The translations under genes were made by a program, and so were the position numbers. A DNA stretch of 64,000 nucleotides from Opitutales bacterium (lineage in GTDB: Bacteria; Verrucomicrobiota; Verrucomicrobiia; Opitutales; UBA2987), in NCBI GenBank assembly GCA_965226885.1, contig CBDDEL010000016.1:384001-448000 (forward strand). Reading direction: 5' to 3'. Positions 57,726 through 64,000 of the stretch are shown piece by piece (positions within the stretch are counted from its first letter, which is position 1; each line of letters starts with the position of its first letter). A model generated the notes under the pieces. It saw nothing but the letters and a program-made list of their open reading frames with translations, did no database searches and was not told the origin of the DNA.

Positions 57726-59293
57726 CCCGGATATTTCATGAAGGGTAAAGTTTGGCTCGTTATTGCTATTGGAGATGGATTTCTTTGTATTTTGAGCAGA
57801 TCGTCTTGATTTTTAGGTGTTTTTCAGGGTGTAGAGACACTGCCCCCTTTCCCCCATTGGTTCGGTAGTGCCGGGGGCAGCACCAATGCACCCTTTAGGT
57901 TGGCACCAATCGGCGGGCCGCATGGTTGAAAAGACTGGCCCAAGGATAACTCTCACTTAGGTGAAAGTGAATCGTTCGGGTGTTGCGCACGATGACCGCT
58001 CCGATCTTGATTAATTTGAGCCGCAGGGTGTGGCATTGGGCCCGCGCCCACTTCGTCCCTTTTAAGGCTAACCGGCGCATGGCTTCCATCAAGGTGTAGG
58101 CCAGCGCCGACAAGAGCAATCGCCACTGATTGGCCCACCATTGATGGGCGCTGGTGCGCTCGCTGAACAATTGCATCTGTTCCTTGATTCGGTTCTCCAT
58201 TTCACCGCGGCCACAGTATACCTTGTCGTAAAGCTCCTGGGGATCGCCCGGCAGGTTCGTCACCACGAAGCGCGGGTTGGACCCCTGTGCGGTGTGTTCG
58301 GCTTTATGGATGACCAACCGCAGCCATCGCCACGAATCGGCAGCATAGACGAAGTCCTGGAATAACCGTTGTTTTTTACCCCTTAGTTCGAACCATTCTT
58401 TGGCCTGCTTTTGCAACTGCTGGGCGTCTTGCTGCAAGCGTGCATTGCGAGCCATCCCCACGATGTAACTAACTTCGTTGCGGTCGCACCAAGAGAGTAT
58501 CCGGTCTCGACAAAATCCACTGTCGGCGCGCCAAATAATCCGCGTACGGGGCCAGCTTTGGCGCATCCGTTTAACCAGCAATTTGAGGATGGCCCCGGCA
58601 TGCTTGCTGGCATCGATCTTGCTCGGCCGCAGGTAGGCCACCAGCAGCTGATCACCGCAAAAAACATATAGCGGCAGAAAACAGTAATGATCATAATAAC
58701 CGTGGAAAAAACGTCCCTCCTGGAGCCCGTGCACCGGATTGTCGGTGGCGTCAAAGTCCAGGATGATCTCTTCGGGTTCCTCGGCAAAGGAGCCCATGAA
58801 CTGTTCGACCAACAGCTCGTTTACCGCAAAGGCCGCCCGCCGATCCTGCCCGTTTTCAAAACGACACAAAGTCGGCGCGCTGGCCAACGTTTCAATGCGC
58901 CCCGTTACCGTTTGCTAACAATGGATCGTGGCGCAGGGTATCAAAGTCGTTCAAATCCTCATAGCCCGCCACCAGCCCGTAAACGCGCTGCCGCAGCATC
59001 CCCAATACCTCATGGCGTACTTTGCCCTTCTGCCGTTTGTCCACTAACTGTCGGGCCGCTCGTTCGGTCAAGCCCAACTGCCGATCCACTTCCCGGATCA
59101 AAAGCAGTCCGGCATCCGAAGTAACCTCTCCGCCCTTGAAATCAACCCGCACACGGCGGCCTTTTACCCTTGTCAACTGTAGCTTTAATTGTTTACCTTT
59201 TGTCATCGCTGATATTGCTTTAATTATTGATCTATCCTGCTGTATATCAGCAGTTAAGCATATCAACGATACTTTTTTTACGAAATATCCGGG
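57726..59293 (-). mobile_element. IS1380-family element, copy A7 (tandem with A6)
   Basis: 1568 bp, flanks CTAA / TTAG. Confidence 0.95.
57895..59206 (-). pseudogene. IS1380-family transposase, frameshifted
   Basis: +1 insertion at ~58916. Confidence 0.85.
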
Positions 59294-59472
59294 TTAGGCC
59301 TGAGCCTGCACTCATAAGTTGGACTTCACCGGGATGGAGAGTGCGCTTGTTTCCCATACTATCTTCGTGGGCAAGTTCACCCTCAAGGACGTAGGAGAAG
59401 ATCTCCATATCCCGATGCGGGTGGGCGGGGAATCCTTCACCGGGAGCAACTTGATCCTGATTGATTACTCTT
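59294..59472 (-). pseudogene. pirin (YhhW-like) internal fragment
   Basis: [41 protein letters not shown]...[11 protein letters not shown], cut by an IS on both sides. Confidence 0.88.
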
Positions 59473-60805
59473 TGAAATGGACGGGGAAAACTGGACAGTG
59501 GAATAAGGTGGTCTTGAACCACTAAATCCGCTAACCTATGAATGTTATTAAATCACGAAAGAGAAGACAATACAGTGCTGAGTTTAAAGCCCGAGTGGCC
59601 CTGGAAGCCATCAGGGGCGCTCATACCATCAACGAGATCGCCGGTCGTTTTGAGGTGCATCCCAACCAGGTGACCCAATGGAAGAAGCAGCTTTTGCAGG
59701 GAGCAACGGAGCTGTTTTCGCGCCAGCGGCAGACTCTCAGCAAGGACAACGAGACGGAAAAAGATCACCTTTACCAGGAGATTGGAAAGCTGAAAGTAGA
59801 ATGCGATTGGCTAAAAAAAAAGTCTGAACAATTCGGTTGGTGAGAGGCGCAAGATGGTGCAACCACTTCAAGGAAAAATCAGTATCGGCAGGCAATGTCA
59901 GTTGCTGGGGCTGGCCCGCGGCAGCTATTACTATCGGGCCCGTGCCCAGTGCGAGCAGAACGTTCTCTACATGCATCGCATGGATGAGCTCTACACCCAA
60001 TATCCGTTTTTTGGTTCTCGCCGGATGACCCAGTGGCTGCGTCGAGAGGGCCATGCAGTGGGACGAGGCCGCATCCAGCGGCTCATGCGCCAAATGGGCC
60101 TGGAGGCTATTTATCCGCGTCGAAACTTGAGCCAGGGGCACCGGCAGCACCGCATTTTCCCTTATCTGCTGCGGGGTTTGGCGGTCGAGCGGCCCGACCA
60201 GGTATGGTGCAGCGACATCACTTACCTGCGGCTGAGCCGAGGATTCCTTTTCTTGACCGTGGTGTTGGACTGGTTCAGCCGCTACGTGTTGAGCTGGCAG
60301 CTTTCCAACACCCTGGAGAGCCGCTTCTGTGTGCTCGCCCTGGAGGAAGCTCTGAGGCGGGCCCAACCTCAAATCTTCAACACCGATCAAGGCAGCCAGT
60401 TTACCGGCAGCGAGTTCACCTCGGTGCTGGGGCAAGCCGGGGTGCGCATCAGCATGGACGGGCGTGGCCGCTACCTGGACAACATATTTGTTGAACGCTT
60501 TTGGAGAACCCTCAAGTATGAAGACATTTACCTGCGCGAATACGCCACGGCAAAGGAAGCCAGCGAAGGGATAGCCCGCTACCTGGACTTCTACAACCAC
60601 CTGCGCCCCCACCAAGCCCTGGGCTACCGGACCCCGGCCGAAGTCCATGCAATCGGAGCAAAACCACCCTCCCCGCCAATACAGCTTGCGGGCACCTGCG
60701 TGCCCGTCTTTGGCTAAGGACAAAATATATTTTTAAAAAATAATATGAACACGATTTCCACCTTAATCCCACGTCAAAATTGTCCAAACAACCCCGTCCA
60801 CTTCA
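59473..60805 (+). mobile_element. IS3-family element C, copy C4
   Basis: 1333 bp, flanks CTT / CTA come from unrelated loci. Confidence 0.95.
59538..60717 (+). CDS. IS3-family transposase (OrfA 59538-59843, OrfB 59854-60717)
   Basis: As copy C1. Confidence 0.93.
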
Positions 60806-61073
60806 CTATCTCGGCCGCCATCTCCTTCGGACTGCTCTGTCGCTTTGAGGTGGCTTCGCCCTGCTGATCGTCCAGATAGAGCCAGAGCCTCTTCCACCTA
60901 TACAATTGGTTGGTGTTGACCCCAAGTTTGGTCGATACCTCGGTGGCGCTCAGACCATCGAGTATCATCAGTTGAACTGCCTCATTTTTGAACTCTATAC
61001 TAAAGCGTCTTCTTCCCATGCTTCGATTCTCCATTTAGGAGAATCTCGTGTCCACTTTTTCCAGTGCACATCA
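60806..61073 (-). mobile_element. IS3-family element B, copy B3 (left end and partial orfA only)
   Basis: Left end TGATGTGCACTGG at 61073. orfA cut by C4 at ...GAGATAG and has a 6-bp duplication AGAGCC. Confidence 0.92.
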
Positions 61074-61169
61074 GCGGTTGTCGGCATTCAACCTTACTTC
61101 TTGATAATCGTATATCCCAAGGGCTATGATGTTTCAGAGGGAAATCAAACTGTTGTAAACTACTATTAT

Positions 61170-62502
61170 TGAAATGGACGGGGAAAACTGGACAGTGGAA
61201 TAAGGTGGTCTTGAACCACTAAATCCGCTAACCTATGAATGTTATTAAATCACGAAAGAGAAGACAATACAGTGCTGAGTTTAAAGCCCGAGTGGCCCTG
61301 GAAGCCATCAGGGGCGCTCATACCATCAACGAGATCGCCGGTCGTTTTGAGGTGCATCCCAACCAGGTGACCCAATGGAAGAAGCAGCTTTTGCAGGGAG
61401 CAACGGAGCTGTTTTCGCGCCAGCGGCAGACTCTCAGCAAGGACAACGAGACGGAAAAAGATCACCTTTACCAGGAGATTGGAAAGCTGAAAGTAGAATG
61501 CGATTGGCTAAAAAAAAAGTCTGAACAATTCGGTTGGTGAGAGGCGCAAGATGGTGCAACCACTTCAAGGAAAAATCAGTATCGGCAGGCAATGTCAGTT
61601 GCTGGGGCTGGCCCGCGGCAGCTATTACTATCGGGCCCGTGCCCAGTGCGAGCAGAACGTTCTCTACATGCATCGCATGGATGAGCTCTACACCCAATAT
61701 CCGTTTTTTGGTTCTCGCCGGATGACCCAGTGGCTGCGTCGAGAGGGCCATGCAGTGGGACGAGGCCGCATCCAGCGGCTCATGCGCCAAATGGGCCTGG
61801 AGGCTATTTATCCGCGTCGAAACTTGAGCCAGGGGCACCGGCAGCACCGCATTTTCCCTTATCTGCTGCGGGGTTTGGCGGTCGAGCGGCCCGACCAGGT
61901 ATGGTGCAGCGACATCACTTACCTGCGGCTGAGCCGAGGATTCCTTTTCTTGACCGTGGTGTTGGACTGGTTCAGCCGCTACGTGTTGAGCTGGCAGCTT
62001 TCCAACACCCTGGAGAGCCGCTTCTGTGTGCTCGCCCTGGAGGAAGCTCTGAGGCGGGCCCAACCTCAAATCTTCAACACCGATCAAGGCAGCCAGTTTA
62101 CCGGCAGCGAGTTCACCTCGGTGCTGGGGCAAGCCGGGGTGCGCATCAGCATGGACGGGCGTGGCCGCTACCTGGACAACATATTTGTTGAACGCTTTTG
62201 GAGAACCCTCAAGTATGAAGACATTTACCTGCGCGAATACGCCACGGCAAAGGAAGCCAGCGAAGGGATAGCCCGCTACCTGGACTTCTACAACCACCTG
62301 CGCCCCCACCAAGCCCTGGGCTACCGGACCCCGGCCGAAGTCCATGCAATCGGAGCAAAACCACCCTCCCCGCCAATACAGCTTGCGGGCACCTGCGTGC
62401 CCGTCTTTGGCTAAGGACAAAATATATTTTTAAAAAATAATATGAACACGATTTCCACCTTAATCCCACGTCAAAATTGTCCAAACAACCCCGTCCACTT
62501 CA
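61170..62502 (+). mobile_element. IS3-family element C, copy C5
   Basis: 1333 bp, TSD TAT. Confidence 0.95.
61235..62414 (+). CDS. IS3-family transposase (OrfA 61235-61540, OrfB 61551-62414)
   Basis: As copy C1. Confidence 0.93.
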
Positions 62503-62544
62503 TATCGTCAAGCTGCTTAATGGGAAATTCAGCCCCCTCCACCC

Positions 62545-63525
62545 TCAAGTTGGGGAATTGCGCAGGCTTTCCCGATGTTCCTTTAAAAGAGTTGAAATGG
62601 TGTCGATGGTGTCCTTCGGCAGGAAGGCTTGTCCGGCAACGGTAGTTTCTTTCAATTGCTCTGGATCGCGGGAACCCACAATTGCGGACGTAACCGCCGG
62701 GTTGCGCAAAGTCCAAGCAATCGACAATTGCGCCGGAGTCATTCCGGCAGTTGCGGCGACGGTTTTGAGTTTTTCGATCAGCTTCAGGTGTGCCCCGAAT
62801 CGGGGTTCAGTGAAGTTGGAATCCCTTTTCCGGTGGTCCTCGGGGTGAAGGCCTTCCATCCATTGGAGAGAGAATTTTCCCGCTAAAAGTCCTTTTTGCA
62901 AGGGGCTGTAAACCAAAACGCCGATGTTGTTATCCGCGCAATATGGCAGCAACTCCTCCTCCAGTTGGCGTCTAAGCAAGCTGTAGGGCGTTTGCAGGGA
63001 AATCACCGGGTGAATGGGTTGGATCCTCTTCAATTGTTCCACGCTGAAATTGGATACCCCGCCCCAGCGGTCTTTTCCCTCTGAAATCAACTCAGCCACG
63101 GCGCTCCAGCCTTCTTCGATATCTTCATCGGGTTGAGCCCAATGAATCTGTTAAAGATCGATCACCTCAATGCGCAAGCGTCTTAAACTTGACTCTACTT
63201 CCTCCCGAATACTGGCCCTTTTTAAACTTCCGCTTAGATTTCCCGACTCATCCCAGAGTCGACTGCACTTGGTGGCGATTATGGGCAGTGGAGACATTGC
63301 GGCCAAAACAGAGCCGACCACCTCTTCGGCATGACCCAGACCGTAGATCGGAGCCGTATCGATCCAATTGATGCCTGTTTCTATCGCTCTGCGAATGGTG
63401 TCTCTGGAAACATTGTCATCCTGCGGCCCCCAACTTGCCTTCCAGCCCGTACCGCCCATGGCGAAAGTTCCCAATCCAATTGGGGAAAAGCGGAGGTCGG
63501 AATTACCCAATTGCCTGGTCTGCAT
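62545..63525 (-). pseudogene. aldo/keto reductase with in-frame nonsense codon
   Basis: IGLGT, WIDTAPIYGLGHAEE, SLRRL..IDL*QIHW (TAA at 63151-63153 where Tyr is usual), then GVSNF and YSPLQKGLL in the same frame. Confidence 0.9.
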
Positions 63526-63605
63526 TATTCGAAAATTCCCACATGAACATTCATAATCGTTGAAAATAGCTACTTTCTAATATTTCGATCCAATTTTTTA
63601 AGCTT

Positions 63606-63968
63606 TCATTGTGATTTGGCAATCTGATGTGCACTGGGGGGTTTCCTGGGCATGCGGTACGGCTTGATCTCACCGATCTTTTCGCGGTGCTTAACCTTGG
63701 ACTCCCACAAGATGTATTCGGATTGCAATGAATACCAAAACTCGGCGTTCAACCGCTTAAAACCTCTGCTTGCGATACTCAGCTCTCGGGGATCAATGTT
63801 CTTGAAATACTCGCCCAGCCTCAAAGCGACACCAGGGCTGATCTTTCGAGTCCCGTGTGTAATTCTGTAGAGATCAGAGCTGTGGATACCCGTGGCCTTG
63901 TGCAACCTGTACCTGGAAATGCCAAGACCTATCAGCACCCTGTTTAACGTAATGCCGGGTTTGTTCAT
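63606..63968 (-). CDS. HigA-like XRE antitoxin / HTH regulator
   Basis: PG..L......GIS.YRL.KA.G......I..G.RKIS...ALRLG.YF ... AEFW..LQ..Y pattern. Confidence 0.75.
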   Translation of the reverse strand: MNKPGITLNRVLIGLGISRYRLHKATGIHSSDLYRITHGTRKISPGVALRLGEYFKNIDPRELSIASRGFKRLNAEFWYSLQSEYILWESKVKHREKIGEIKPYRMPRKPPSAHQIAKSQ

Positions 63969-64000
63969 AGTTGTCTTTTCTGCACGAATTAATTAATATC

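Noticed and set aside
59473..62502. C4-C5 as a composite transposon
   Set aside because: C5 has its own TAT TSD, and the outer flanks (CTT / TAT) do not match.

Overview
Bacterial chromosomal window, probably from a Verrucomicrobiota (Opitutales-like) organism. That placement is an inference from rpsP-trmD-rplS lacking rimM, a long IspG and a Trp-rich C-terminal domain on a secreted protein. About 27.7 kb of the 64 kb (~43%, summed by hand from mapped ends) is insertion sequence. There are 22 complete or partial copies of 7 elements: IS1380-family x7, IS3-family element C x5, IS3-family element B x3, IS1-family x4, and one each of IS21, IS630 and IS5-like. Two relic ends of an older IS3-type element are also present. 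Copies are nearly identical, often nested, and most keep their target-site duplications (TSDs), so interrupted genes can be rebuilt in frame. Two IS-free blocks hold mostly intact genes. Block 4033-18605 has DUF3500, GNAT-bshA-bshB-doxX, cstA, rplS-trmD-rpsP, ychF, an MBL hydrolase, HDOD and cheY, plus frameshifted cheR and cheB. Block 27328-39317 has sucDC, rph, ispG, rseP, dxr, cdsA, uppS, phhB and gdhA. Broken genes are cheA, cheW, cheB, cheR, an ABC solute-binding protein, a large secreted phosphoesterase, an alpha/beta hydrolase, a pirin and an aldo-keto reductase. The pattern fits early genome degradation. The best new-biology candidates are (i) a doxX-bshB-bshA-GNAT cluster without bshC that may make a modified bacillithiol-like thiol, (ii) two IS types whose catalytic ORF lies in the +1 frame behind an A8/A9 run, and (iii) IS junctions that record a possible ~58-kb inversion. 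No rRNA, tRNA or CRISPR array was seen. All protein assignments are by motif recognition, not database search.
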